Positions 24,352 to 39,040 of a stretch of DNA of 60,000 nt are shown here, piece by piece; position 1 is the first letter of the stretch, and each line of letters begins with the position of its first letter. The notes under the pieces are model-generated. The model was not told the origin of the DNA. It was given only the letters and a program-made list of their open reading frames with translations, and searched no databases. Origin of the DNA: Felis catus. Taxonomy: Eukaryota. The position numbers and the translations under genes were made by a program. The stretch lies in the NCBI RefSeq assembly GCF_018350175.1, contig NC_058369.1, positions 7,876,001 to 7,936,000 on the forward strand, read 5' to 3'.

Positions 24352-25414
24352 TGCATTCCTTTTAGCCCACACCTCCCGCATCAGCCCCGATAACAGTTGA
24401 TCAGGAGCCGGATCCGGCCTGAGGGTTGTGGGGAGCTGCAAAAGCATCACAAAATAAGGCAGATGGGTTGGTGGAAGCCCCGAGTTTTCATAGGTAACAA
24501 GAGCCAGTGAGGAATTTTAAGGTATGCAGGTCAAGTGCTGCGAGGTCCTGAAACGTTACCATTATCGTGCCGACTTTAACCACCTTGATAATTCTGAGTG
24601 GTGTTAAGCTGAGTAATTAGGTTTCCAGTGCTTCCCTCATTCCTATCAGCGATACTACATTTATTGTGCTCTTACTGTGTGCCAGGTGCTACGCACTGTT
24701 GTTACCCCCATTTTACAGATGAGGGAAGCCAGGCACAGAAAGGATTTGCACGAAGTGCCAGATATGGGTCTCGAGCCTAGTCTGTGGATTCTAGGGTATT
24801 CTCTCCCCCCCCCCGCCCCCTTACATTCTATCTTCTGCAATATTTATGTCCACTAATATTTATATTTTAAAACCAGAACGCACCCCCAAGGGAGAAGATA
24901 TTCACTGCGTCGAAGGCACGTTGTATTGCACAAAGCAAGGGACTCTAACATCCAGAACAACACTGCCCTTCACAGAACTAACATCGTCCACTTGACCGCG
25001 AGTGGGAAGTTATCTGCTTACTGTCCCTATGAATCCTTCCTCTTTCGCCTTCATCTTTGACATGGCCTTCTAGACTGAGAATTCCCCTCAGCTTGTAAAC
25101 ATGCTGTCTTCTGACTCTCAGAAACAAAACCCCAAACCGTCCCTGAATGCTTTGGTTCTCTCCAACTTTCATCCAGACTTTCTTCTGCCTCTTCTCACCC
25201 AGGTGTCTCGAAAGACATGTTCTCTTCCTCGGCTTCCTTCGCCAGTTCAGTGCCGCCTTCTCAGCAACAGGACCAGTTCCAAGGAGGCGCCCCATAAACA
25301 CTTACTGAAGGAATCTATTGCTTTACCTTCACAAATCGACCAAAGTGGTTCTCGGCACGATTACTTTCCAGTCCACAAACCCAGTGGGCATTTGAAGGGT
25401 TCTTTCTCAACTTC

Positions 25415-25605
25415 TTTGCCTTCCTTTCTTTCTTCCTTTCTTTTTTCTTTCTTTCCTTTCCTTCCTTCCTTTTTTTCCTTCCTTCTTTCTTTTTTCTTTC
25501 TTTCCTTCTTTCTTTTTCTTTCTTTCTTCCTTTTTCTTTCTTTTCTTTCTTTCTTTCTTTCTTTCCTTCCTTCCTTCCTTCCTTTTCTTTCTTTCTTCCT
25601 TTCAG
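25415..25605 (+). repeat. Compound (TTTC/TTCC)n microsatellite, tail of a - strand SINE (about 25605-25770)
   Basis: Direct reading. Confidence 0.9.
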
Positions 25606-26194
25606 AGAGCACTCTTGTGCACATGAGCAGGGAAGGGACAGAGAGAGAGAATCTTAAGCAGGCTCCACACCCAGCGTGGAGCCTGATGCATCGCTCGATG
25701 CCATGACCCTGGGATCATGACCTGAGCTGAAATCAAGAGTAAGCCGCTCTGAGCCACGCAGGTCCACCCCCACCTTTGCATTTCACCGCGTTGTTCCTTA
25801 AACCTTTTTGTGCCCAATTTTTTCTCCACTTAGCTTATGTGATGTTGCACTTTTGTTACTTTTCCTCCTGACTTCCTGCTGCTGTTATGTTTCTTGGAGC
25901 TTCTCTTCCATTAACTCTTTGATGTTTCTTGGAATGTGCCTTTAACCTGTTGTTCTTGTTATAATGGGTTTTTTTTTGTTTTTTTTTTTTTTTGAGAGAG
26001 AGACAGAGAGAGCATGAGTGGGGAAGGGACAGAGAGAGACACACAGAATCCGAAGCAGGCTCCAGGCTCTGACCTGTCAGCACAGAGCGCTGACGTGGGG
26101 CTCAGACTCATGGGCCACGAGATCGTGACCTGAGCCGAAGTCGGACGCTTAACTGATTGAACTGCTCAGGTGCCCCCATTGTTCTACACCGGTA

Positions 26195-26295
26195 TGTGTC
26201 GCAGTGTGGTCCCTGGACAACAGCATCAGCATCAACTGGGCATTTGTCAGAAATGCAATTTCTTGGGATGCAATTGAATGAGAGACTTCTGGAAA
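26195..26295. mobile_element. MER5A-like fragment
   Basis: gtgtggtccctggac...cagcatcagcatcaactgggcatttgtcagaaatgcaa resembles MER5A. Confidence 0.65.
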
Positions 26296-26304
26296 ATCCA
26301 ACAC

Positions 26305-28170
26305 CCATTTATGATTTAAAAACAACAACAACAATGTAGCAAACTGGATACAGAAGAGAGTTTCCTGAACTTGATAAAAGTTCCAGCAAAAGTTAAGGTA
26401 CAGATTACAGAACATCTTTTGGCAAACATCAGATTTACTAGTGGCGGATTAGAAGCGGCCCTCTTATTATTAGGAAGAAGGCAGGGTGCATGGCTGGTTC
26501 AGACAGAGGAGTGTGTTACTCTTGATCTCTGGGTCATGAGTTTGAGCCCCACATTGGGTGTAGAGATTACTTAAATAAAACTTTTTTAAAAAAAGGAATA
26601 AGACAATTATCCCCACTATTACCACAACTAACCAACATTTCACAGATGGTCTTAGCTACTGGTATAAGGCAAGAAAAGGAAATGAGTGGTAGAACTACTG
26701 GAAAGGTGACATTACACTGTTATTATTTGCAGGTGATTTAGTTACCTGCTTTAAAAAAAAAAAAAAAACTAGAAAGAGAGAGGGAGAAGATCAATATACC
26801 AACAAGTTTCCCATATGCCAGAAATACCAATTTTAAAGGATCAAAGAGTAAAGATCTCATTGACAACAGCAACCAGACCTATAAAACTCCCAAGAAAAAA
26901 CCCTTTGTGGAGTAAGTATAAAACTTTCCTGTGGGCAGGAAAGAAAAATTCTCTAAATAGATAAATCAAGTTCAGGAGTCGAGAGACCTAATGTTGTCAA
27001 AATGTTCTTTCTCCCCAACTCAATCATTTGAATGCAACCCAGTTAAAATTCTGATTTTTTGTTGAATTTCATTCATCACAGGAATAAATGATGCAGTAAC
27101 AGAATAGCTCAGGTTTCTTTTTAATAGAAAAAGGGAGAAAGGAGTTATTCTATATATTAAGACATGTTATAAAACTGTAGTAATTAAAATGAAGTGGATG
27201 CAAAAATGGATATTTAGGTAAAACAGCAGAGAGTCAATAAAACAGAAGAGAGGTCCCCATGCACTTATGAGAATGTTCTATATGAGTGGGATAGCATTTC
27301 AAAACTATGCCTAAAGAAGTAATGAGTCAAGAAATTGAAAAATAAATGGTTGAACAGCAGTAGCTATCCATACAAAAAAAAAAAACAAAAATCCCACTAA
27401 ATTCCTACTTGATACCATGCATACCAACAATTCCTGTTGGATTTAAAAATAGTCCAAAAACAAAACAATAATATCTGAGGGAAAAATATTACCGAAATTT
27501 CTTAATTTCTCTATTATTCAGGATTCTTGATTTTAGCAGAACCAACAAAAACAAAGTCTGGTTAACTAAGGCAGAAACAATTTATGGGTAGGAAGCTGCA
27601 GAAAATGGCGAGAACCAAAAGTCCTTCTTAAATATGACACAAAATGGGAGAAACACCGAGAGTGATACATTTGATTGTGTGAAATGTATAAAGAACTTCT
27701 AGAAACAGTGAGGATAGGGTTTGTTACCACCATTTTGGAGGACGATCTGGCAGCATCTAAGGAAAGCTGTGCTTAGCCTACAATCTAGTAAGTTCCACCT
27801 GTTAGCCCCCTGGAGCAATACACACACATTTGTGCCCAAGGAGACATGGTTAAGAGTGGGCATTTCGTCCTTATCTGTAATTCTGAGAAATGAAAAGACC
27901 TAAACATCTGTCAGTAGTGGAAGAGATAAAACACAACATGGGTAGCTGGTAAAAGGAATGTGTGTGACATCGCACATGGAAAGATCTAGAAGTCTGAGGA
28001 GGAAAAGCAAGTTGAAGAATAATCCAGGCAACATTGTGCCACTTTTGTAAGGAAATACAGAACATTACTGCATTATGTGTGTGTGTGTGTGTTTCATTTA
28101 GAGGGGGCTAGAATGGAGAGATAGTAATATTTCAGCTCAATCTATAATGCTCTAATTTTTTAAAGTTAAT
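26305..28170 (+). mobile_element. Old, degraded LINE-1 (ORF2/3' remnant), interrupted by a short SINE
   Basis: A-rich strand; ataaggcaagaaaaggaaat...ttatttgcaggtgat corresponds to the RT RQEKEI...LFADD region; no intact ORF. Confidence 0.7.
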
Positions 28171-30705
28171 ACTTAGGTATTTAACAAAGAGAAATGAACA
28201 TGGCCCACAGGGCCCCATCTGACACCATGTTCCTACTCCCTCTCAGAGCTTCATCCAGACTTGCTTCCCAGTGCCTCAGGACCTTTGCACATGATGTTGC
28301 CTCTGTCCAGAATCTTGCCCCTCCTTTCTCCACCTAGTTGACACTATCAGTTCCTTTGGATTTCTGTGAGAAAGCCAACTGCTCAACAATGCTTTCTCAG
28401 GGCCTCTGACCTAGGCCGAGCTCCTGGCTTTCAGAAAGCTTACCTTTGAGCTTAATTACATACGTATGTTGTGATTATGAACTCTAGCTCTATGAGAAAG
28501 AGGCAGTGTCATGTTTGTTTCTTACTGTGTCTGAACACCTCACTTCACATCTGGTAGAGTAGCCATTCGAGAACTGGTTGGAAGCATTAAAGCCTAAAGG
28601 CTAGAAAAATAGGACTGTGTACTTTCCTAAAACAGTTGTATCTTGAGGCCTCAAAGCTGACACACCCCAAAACACTGTCACTTCCCTTCTGGAACTGCGG
28701 CCTCCTCAAAGGTTCTCTACCTCTGGCTGCTTAAGGCTGAAGCCACCCGGGAGCATTCCTAATTCTCTGCCCTTCTTATCAGTCTCTCCACCAGTAGAGT
28801 CGACTTCACTCCCACAACCTGATCCAAACTGCCATCCTCTCTCACCAGGCTAATGCAATAGCTGCTTGGCCTTCCCCGGTGCGCTCCAGGTCCCAGCCAC
28901 GTCCACACAGCTTCCAGAGCCATCGACGTACAAATGCAAACCTCACCGTGACCCTCAGCTGCCTGCCACTTAGCACGGTTTTAACATTGCTTCTGCAGCC
29001 TCTGGCTTACCTGGAGAGTTGGCCCGGTTTCCTGGGGACTGAGGGGTTCTGGGACGCCAGGCTTCCAGTGTTCAGACCGGGAATGTCCTGGGCAACCCAG
29101 AACGAGTTGGAGGCCCTGCTCCGCTGCTAGGCTATAATCTCCATGAGGGCGGGAATCATTTGGGGCCTGTTCACTACCGTTGCCCCAGTGCCCAGCACAG
29201 CAAGGTCTTTTTTACATGGCTGTTTTTGCGGAGTTTGAAAGGGAACGCAAATACTTACCTTTGTTGGGCCAGCCGCTTACACAGGGCCTGTCGCCCAGTA
29301 GGTGTCCCAAGTACCATTTTTGCGGGTAAGAAACTGCACCGGACTGCTGATTCCCGAATTGCTTTACTGAATCCGCTAAACCTGACCTCCAGAGGGGGAA
29401 GGAGACGCCACTCTGGGACAGGCCGTGTGGCTTCCGGCCACTGAACTACATGCAAATTCCTCTGGACTCTAGGTTCGATCACTGTTTCCAGAACCACCGA
29501 TCTACACACTGACCCCCACGGGAGCCCCTTCTATCCCTTCTCACGATCACAGTGGTAGAGCTGCTCGAATCTGACCTCTACCACTTAGTGGCCACGTGAC
29601 CTCGGGCAAGTCGCTTCTCCGAACCTCGATCTGTAAAGAATTCAGGCTTGCCCTTCCTAGAACCCAGCACTCTCGAGCATCAAATCATGTGTAGAAACAC
29701 GCTGCCAATGCTAAGAGGCTATCCAGATGTTACATTTGCAACTTCTAGTTCTCCCCCATCCACTCAGCGCAGCCAACGTAGACTTGTTTTCTGGTTCCAG
29801 GAAGCGGCCCAGCCAAGACAGCCTTCAGGTGAACCGAGTGAATGAAGCTGCACAGATGGGCAGTTAGGCTTTCCCTGGAAGGGAAGGAATCAAATGTTTC
29901 CTGGCTCAGCTACTCGGGAGAGCCTATGAAATTCCTCATAGTTGAGGTCATACTTCTTTCCTCGGTGCTCCACTCTCCCAGCACAAAGAGAGTTAATCGG
30001 CTTAAGAGATCCAGGCCAGGGACGCCTGGGTGGCTCAGTTGGTTGAACGTCCAACTCTTGATTTCGGCTCAGGTCGTGATCCCAGAGTCGTGGGATCAAG
30101 CCCTTGGTTGGGCTCTGCACCAAGCGTGGAGCCCGCTTAAGATTCTGTCTCCCTCTTCCCTGCTTGCATGCTCTAAATTGAAAAATAAATAAATAAAAGA
30201 GATTGAGAGAGAGAGAGAGATTGATCGATCGATCGATCCTGGCCATATAATGCCTTCACAGGAATTGTTCAGAAGAGACCAGGCTATATGGAGCCTAAGA
30301 ACATTCCCAAGGACCCCTTTGTCTTTTTAATACCCAGGCGCCAAAACAAAACGCTCAGTCTGTGCGACTGAAGCACATAAGAATGACTGGATAGATTTTC
30401 AGTGACTTGGAAGGCATGTTGGGATGGTTTGCCTTACAACAGAGCTCCAGGGAGCCCTAAGAGAGGTGTCAAGGAGCTGGGTCATTGTCTTCAGAGCAGC
30501 CAAAAGTGACAAAGTGAGCCCTGTGTGGCTTGTCTACGGGGAGAAAGATGCCCTACATGTCAAGTTGATGGGCAGAGATAACGGGCTGGTTTCAAATTCA
30601 AAGTCGAAATCAAAGACTTGGATACATCTCAGAAGACTTCTTTCTGTCCCCAGGTTCGAGACCTCCAGCTGAGAGCCCGGGTGGAAGACACTAGTTAGTT
30701 TGTTC

Positions 30706-30711
30706 TTTATT
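30706..30711 (-). terminator. KEAP1: KEAP1 poly(A) signal AATAAA
   Basis: tttatt on +, about 540 nt downstream of the KEAP1 stop codon. Confidence 0.8.
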
Positions 30712-31115
30712 TTCATTGGAAAGTTATATGGTTACTTATCAACAAAATTGACTGTCCAGGGCAGAGATATCCAGTGGTTTCTATGTACAGGACCATCCCT
30801 GGGGTCCACACCTCCGCAGAGGCCTCACCCCTCGAGGCCTCAGTCGGCTCCTTCCCAGGCCTCCAGGAACCAATCACAAAGACACAAGGAACAAAAACGG
30901 GCCCGACCTCGGCACCTGCTTTCACCCCGAGGGGAGGTGGCGGCTGCGGGTATGGGCCCCGGGCCTATTCTCAGGGAGTGGGTGCAGGGGCCTCTCTCCT
31001 GGGAGCCTGCCCTCATGCCTCCCCTGCCCAGAAAGGCTCTCTTGGACATTCCTGGGACTACTCTGACAGGCTCGTGGGTCCCACTCGGGCCTTCTTTTCT
31101 CTCTGCTTGTCATTT

Positions 31116-31123
31116 TAACACTG
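31116..31123 (-). promoter_or_regulatory. KEAP1: miR-141/200a 8mer site (CAGUGUUA) in KEAP1 3'UTR
   Basis: taacactg on +; miR-200a/141 regulation of KEAP1 is established. Confidence 0.75.
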
Positions 31124-31251
31124 AGGCGTCTCAGCCTCCCATCTTGGAGGATAAGCATTTGCTCCGGCGCCTTTTCTTTTGCCCCTGTTTTTGTACAAAA
31201 ACAACAATACTCTCAATCGGACCGTTTTTTTGCCCAGGAAACAAAAGTGGC

Positions 31252-31897
<646 letters not shown>

Positions 31898-31900
31898 TCA

Positions 31901-32524
<624 letters not shown>

Positions 32525-33315
32525 TCACCTCCAGGTGACAAGATGGAAGCAGAGAGGGATGATATGGCATGTCCAGGGTCGCCAAGGACGTGGCGCTGGG
32601 GTTTGACCCAGCCTTCTAAGACACCAGAATCCTAACTCTAGCAACTAGGCTACCACGCAGGATGGTTTTTGTCCAAGTGTGGGGCTTACTTAAAATTCCC
32701 ATTGCCCAGCCTCACTCCGAGCCCACCACCGATGCCAGGTCTCCAGCAGTGGGCTAGGGAGTTTGTTTTAACAAGTGCTCCAGGTGAGAACTGTATCCTG
32801 GATCACACTTCTGCAAGAGGAGAGGGCAGAGGACTGGCTGTGCAAAAGCAGAAAGACCAAAATACTCAGCTTCTAAACGCAGGGTCACCATGCAGTTGTG
32901 CAGGTTGTGCACTGTACAAGGGTACCATATCCCAGGGGCACCTTCCACACAGAACACCTCGTACATCTGTTTATTATGGCAATTTTGAGGCAGATGGCAG
33001 CGAGGTGTCATGGTTTAATAAAGTTAGCATTTTACAGTAACTTCAAAATCATAGAACTCTTTCCAGACCTGCAGAAAAAGAGTTGTATGAGTTTGTGACA
33101 GCCCTGTAGGCAATTCCCAGGCCCAGACACATCGTCCAAGGTCCCTGACCCTACATCTCTCGGGAATTTAGCTTCACCTGGAGGCGTCCACTCCCTGAAG
33201 GTAGGGCACAGAGAGACAGGCACTCGACAACAGGGGAAGTCTCCACATCCCAATGGGTTGGGACCCGGTTGCAATGGGACCCTCAGCGTCCACCCCCTCC
33301 GGGCCCTGCCACTCA

Positions 33316-34014
<699 letters not shown>

Positions 34015-35115
34015 TTACCGTGGCAGGCTGACTCCCGCGTGCCGCTCCCCTGAGCCCGCCACGGCGGCGCGATCTGGGGGACACGTCTCTCGACCTGCCT
34101 CGGGCAGTCTCAGTTGCCAGTTTGGTAAAACGGGGATTTGAACGGTATAAACTTCACAGGTCGCGAAGATTAAACGAGCCGGTGCCACACGTGCCAGGCG
34201 TATCGGACGCAGGCACTCAGGTAAACGGGCAAAGAGACGATGTACCACGTACCTTTCTGTTTCGTTTTGTGCTTGACCTACAAGGTTACCCATTTGTTGT
34301 TTTTTTTAAACAACCTTACTTTTTCTTTGTTTCTAAGTTTTTTTTTTTTATTTTAAGAGAGACAGACAGTGCAAGTGGGGGAGGGGCAGAGAGGGAGAAG
34401 GAGACAGAGAATCCCGAGCAGGCTCAACACTGTCCGCGCAGAGCCCGACGCGGGGATCGAACTCACGAAACCATGAGATCGTGACCTGAGCTGAAACCAC
34501 GACTCAGCCGCTTGACCGACCGAGCCATCCAGGCACCTCCGACCTTACTTTTTCAAAAGGGTAGATTGGCTAAAAAGGAAAAAGTAGCAGCACTAGAATG
34601 TTCTAGAAAAGTGTAGGCTCTAAAGAAGGCGGCTGAGCTACAATATGGTCCACTACTTTCTAAGTAGGTGACTTGGGCAAATACCTGAAACGCTCCAGGC
34701 CTTGGTTCTCTTCCTCTGTAAAGGGGGTTTGTGTTAGCAGCTACCTCACAGCCGGGCGAGGTAGCCAACTATATAGTAGGGTAGACAGGGGCCCAGGCAA
34801 GTATTTCTTGTCAGGTACCAGTCTATAAAAGCAATTTCAGTCAGCCCACATCAGCAGGCCACCAATGCTCTGGTAGGTACCCCAAGCCCATGCAATCCCT
34901 TTAAAGAAACATTATGCAAGCCTGTCGGAAAGCCTTTCTGGAAGCCCTAGGCCCTAGGACCAGTGCCAGAGGTCCACAGGGCATCTGGTCAACCCCACAT
35001 GTGTGGTAGAGGGGAGAACATCTGTCCCTTAAGGGGAAAAATGGAAACCAGGGCACTATCTACCCCGGCGGATCCTAGCCCCTGGAGGAGGGCTTTGAAC
35101 ATTTCCAGGAAGAAG

Positions 35116-35360
35116 GGGCGCCTGGGTGGCTCAGTTGGTTGAGCCTCCGACTTCGGCTCAGGTCATGACTCACGGTGTGTGAGTTCGAGCCCTGCATCAG
35201 GCTCTGTGCTGACAGCTCAGAGCCTGGAGCCTGCTTTGGATTCTGTGTCTCCCTCTCTCTCTGCCCCTCCCCTGCTCACACTCTGTCTCTCTCTCAAAAT
35301 AAATAAATATTAAAAAATTTTAAAGAGAAAGAGAGAAACAAAGAAAAAGAAAGAAAGAAA

Positions 35361-35412
<52 letters not shown>

Positions 35413-35450
35413 AAAAGAGAGAAAGAAAGGAACAAAGAAAGAAAGGAAAT
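35116..35450 (+). mobile_element. CAN SINE with (GAAA)n expanded tail
   Basis: SINE head at 35116; GAAA array about 35320-35450. Confidence 0.9.
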
Positions 35451-36182
35451 TTTCAGGAAGGCACTCTAAACCACGGGACTCTCGAAGGCTTGGGACCTGG
35501 GGTACAGCCCTCTTGGGCCAGACCTAGGGGTGGTACTTCCTCTTAAGAGAGTTGAGAAAATCCAACGCTTTGAAGAATGGAAATCACTTAGAACCGGGGT
35601 TGGCCCAGCCAGGGCTCAACAAACACTTACGATTACCATCATCCCAAGGGCACAGCCACCAGTGGGTGCCACCCAAGAATTTGGGCTCATCACTGTGATT
35701 TTATAAGGAATCTGTCATTTTATGCTCACAGCTTCCTCCACTCAAAAACGAAAATGAAACCAAGAACAGTGTAAGGACGACACTGCGTCAACCAAAGAAA
35801 ACTCGTCTAAGGGTCACATCTGAGGTAGGCAGCATGTCACGGGTGTTCCATAAATATCTGCTGACGGCCTGAAGCATCGGGCCCTGCTCCGCGCACCCCA
35901 GGGCTGAGCCGCTGTCATGTTCCCTGCATGGGAACGAGCTTCATGGGTCCATCTTCGTGGGTCACTGCCTTCCCTTGACCCCAGAGAAGTCAGTGACCCA
36001 CAAAGATGGACCCACGAAGTGCTCACCTTCCTCGGCTGTTTCCCAGAGTCACCCCAGGTGTGTAGACTAGGACCCCCGAACCCTGTTTTTCTCCAGCTCC
36101 CTGATCTGACCCTTGTCCATCCGTCGCTCGTCCTTCTGACACCGCCCCCAAGCCCTGCCTTACGTCTCCCCCCACCACTCAC

Positions 36183-36821
36183 CTCTCCGAAGTGCATGTA
36201 GATGTACTCGCGGGCTCGCTGGTGCAGCTCGGCACAGCCGATCTGTTCGGCGAAGTTGGCAATGCCAATGGCGTTGCTGGGGTCCAGCTGCTGCACCAGG
36301 AAGTCGCTGCAGGCGCGGACGACACTGTCGATCTGGTACATGACGGCGCCGTTCATCACGTGGAGCACGCACTTCTCACCCATGGAGATGGAGGCCGTGT
36401 AGGCAAACTCAATTAGGCGCTCCATGACCTTGGGGTGGATGCCCTCAATGGACACCACCTCCATGCCCTGCTCCCGCAGCCCGTTGGTGAACATGGCCTT
36501 GAAGACAGGGCTAGATGAGGCCAGCACCACCTTGTGAGCCATGAACTGGGCGGCCGGCGCGTCCTCGTATTTGACCTGCAGTGTGACGTCACACAGCTGC
36601 TGGCTGAGCCGCAGCTCGTTCATGATGCCAAAGGCCTGCTTGGTGTGGTCCTCTAGCGTGTAGCTGAAGGTGCGGTTGCCGTGCTGGGAGGGCGTCACCT
36701 CGGCTTTGCACTCGGTGGAGGCGTACATCACCGCGTCCCCTGCCCCCTCGGGGCGCTGTGACCTCAGGGGAAGGAATCGGGTGCGGGCCCCAGCCCCGCT
36801 AGGCCTCGGTTCCGGCTGCAT
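36183..36821 (-). CDS. KEAP1: KEAP1 first coding exon, NTR + BTB (MQPEPRPS...YMHFGE); exon extends to acceptor at 36868
   Basis: ATG at 36821, |gtgagt donor. The five exons sum to 1875 nt = 624 aa + stop. Cys151 in EKCVL. Confidence 0.98.
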
Positions 36822-38929
36822 GGGGTTCCAGGTGACAAGGGACAACACCACCACGGGCACTCAGAGGCCTGGAGGAGGGAGAGCACAGGGCTGGGGCAGG
36901 GCCTGGGGTCGGGCCTCCTTTTATAAGATAAAGCGACTCCTAGACCAGTTTTGCTTCCCTAGCCCAGGTGAAGCAACGTCCGTTTGTGCTAACTGCCACA
37001 TGGCCCCACCAGCCCAGGATTCCATCTTAAAAAGACGGGTCAGGGGGCGCCTGGGTGGCTCAGTCGGTTAAGCGTCCGACTTCGGCTCAGGTCATGAGCT
37101 CACGGTCCGTGAGTTCAAGCCCCGCGTCGGGCTCTGTGCTGACAGCTCAGAGCCTGGAGCCTGTTTCGGATACTGTGTCTCCCTCTCTCTGACCCTCCCC
37201 CGTTCATGCTCTCTCTCTGTCTCAAAAATAAATAAATGTTAAAAACAAAACAAAACAAAAACAAAAACACGGGTCAGATGATGTCCCTCCCTTGCTCAGA
37301 ATCCCCCCCACAACTCCCCACGGCACAAAGCGTAAAACCAAACTCTTCAATGGCCTCGTAAGCCCTACACAGTCAGCCTCCGTCCCCTCTCCCCTTGGCT
37401 CACTCTGTTCCAGCTTCCCTTCCCTTCCTAGATAGAACATGTCTATTTTTTTTTTATGTTTACTTATTTTTGAAAGAAAGAAAGAGAAAGAGCATGAGCG
37501 GTAGAGGGGCAGAGAGGGGGTGGACAGAGGATACGAAGCGGGCTCTGCGCTGACAGCAGAGAGCCCGACACGGGGCTCGAACCCATGGACAGTGAGATCA
37601 TGACCTGAGCCAAAGTCAGTCAGATAGAGCGTGTCTAGCTCCTTCTTTCATTCTCCTCACCAACATTTACTGAGTATCTACTGTGTGCCAGGCGCTGTTC
37701 TAAGCACTGGAAACACAGCAGTGAGAAAGGGGCATAAACTGTGCCCCCCTGGAGATGATGAGGGATGGGCCATAAGTAAAATAAGCAAGAGTTGAGTATA
37801 AATTATGGTTATTAAAAAAAAAAAAAAGACAACAGCACTTGATAGTGTGACTTGGGGCAATTACTTTAAATCACCTAGTCCAGGGCTCTGTTAGAGCTGA
37901 GACCAGAAGGATGTACACACCAAAGGGATGGATGTTCCCGGCACAGGGAAGGGCAAGGGCAAAGGCTCAGAGGCAGAATGAGAGAGACAATCTGGGGACT
38001 CGGAGGAGGGTGATGAGAGCTACTGACGACTAAAGGGAAGGTTTCCATGAAACCTGTGGAGTCTGGAGGGCCGGGCCATGAGCTGCCCTTTTGAAAGGTC
38101 CTTCAGGGAGAAGACGGGGAAATCTGCAAGAGGCTCCCCAGGTTCTCCATTTATCTTTCCCGGGCTCCGCGCACAGTCATCTCCTTCCTGTTTTATTTCC
38201 ACCGCAGCACTTGTCAGAAACCGAAATGAGCTCCGAGCCCCGAGGCTTGCTCTGACGGATGGCCCAAGCCCCGGGCCCTCAGCCCCAGCGCTTCAGAAGG
38301 CAGGGAGCCCCGCGTAGGTCACGGTGGTGCCCACCCTCTCATGTGCCTCCCCCACGGCCTGCCCGGGGCCTGGCACTGCTCAGGGGTCAGTAAGCGAGTG
38401 GCTGGCTGACTGCCCGCTTCACTGTGCCTGCCAGAGCACCCTCCTCCACCGGGGCCCAGGGCGCCGCTTGACCGCCTCTCCCCGGCTGAGGCCCCTGCCC
38501 TGCCTCCTGGTCTTTGGCCAGTCGGTCGACGGTGCCCCTTGGACACTGGACACTTCCCCCCACGAAGCAGATAAGTGGGGGACTGCGCATGCCCTGCCTG
38601 AGCCGCCACCGAGGCCTGGAGAAGGGAGGAAGTGACCCCCGCCGCAGCCTTTCGACTGCCAACCCCAGGGCGCAGACCAAGCTCCCCAGCGCGCCGCGCT
38701 CCCCGGCACCCGGTCCGAGGGGCACTCCCTGGGCCTCTCGCCCGGCTTGCGTAGCTCCCGGGCCGCCCCTCGAGTCGCGCCGTCCAACAAAAGGCCGGGA
38801 CTCGAGCCGCGCCCTCCGCGGGGCCGCGGGAACCCCAAGGCGACCGGGCCCGCGGCGCCCTGTTCCCCGACCCCCGGGGCCCTCCCGGCCCGCGGCGCCC
38901 GCAGCCCGGGCGCAGGCCGCCTCACTCAC

Positions 38930-39040
38930 CCCGCCATGGCCGCGCTCGAGCTCCGCCTCCGTCGCCCAGGCCCGGGCGCCTCCATCGCTGCGCGCCGGGG
39001 GGAGGCGCGGAGCGCGCGCAGGTCACCATGACTAAGCAGA
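38930..39040 (-). other. KEAP1: KEAP1 proximal non-coding first exon (1b)
   Basis: Donor GG|gtgagt at 38929. Resembles the 5'UTR of the proximal human KEAP1 transcript (from memory). 5' end approximate. Confidence 0.75.
39028..39038 (+). promoter_or_regulatory. KEAP1: Antioxidant response element ATGACTAAGCA (NRF2/sMAF)
   Basis: Exact RTGACnnnGCA consensus; an autoregulatory ARE in the KEAP1 promoter is established. Confidence 0.85.
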
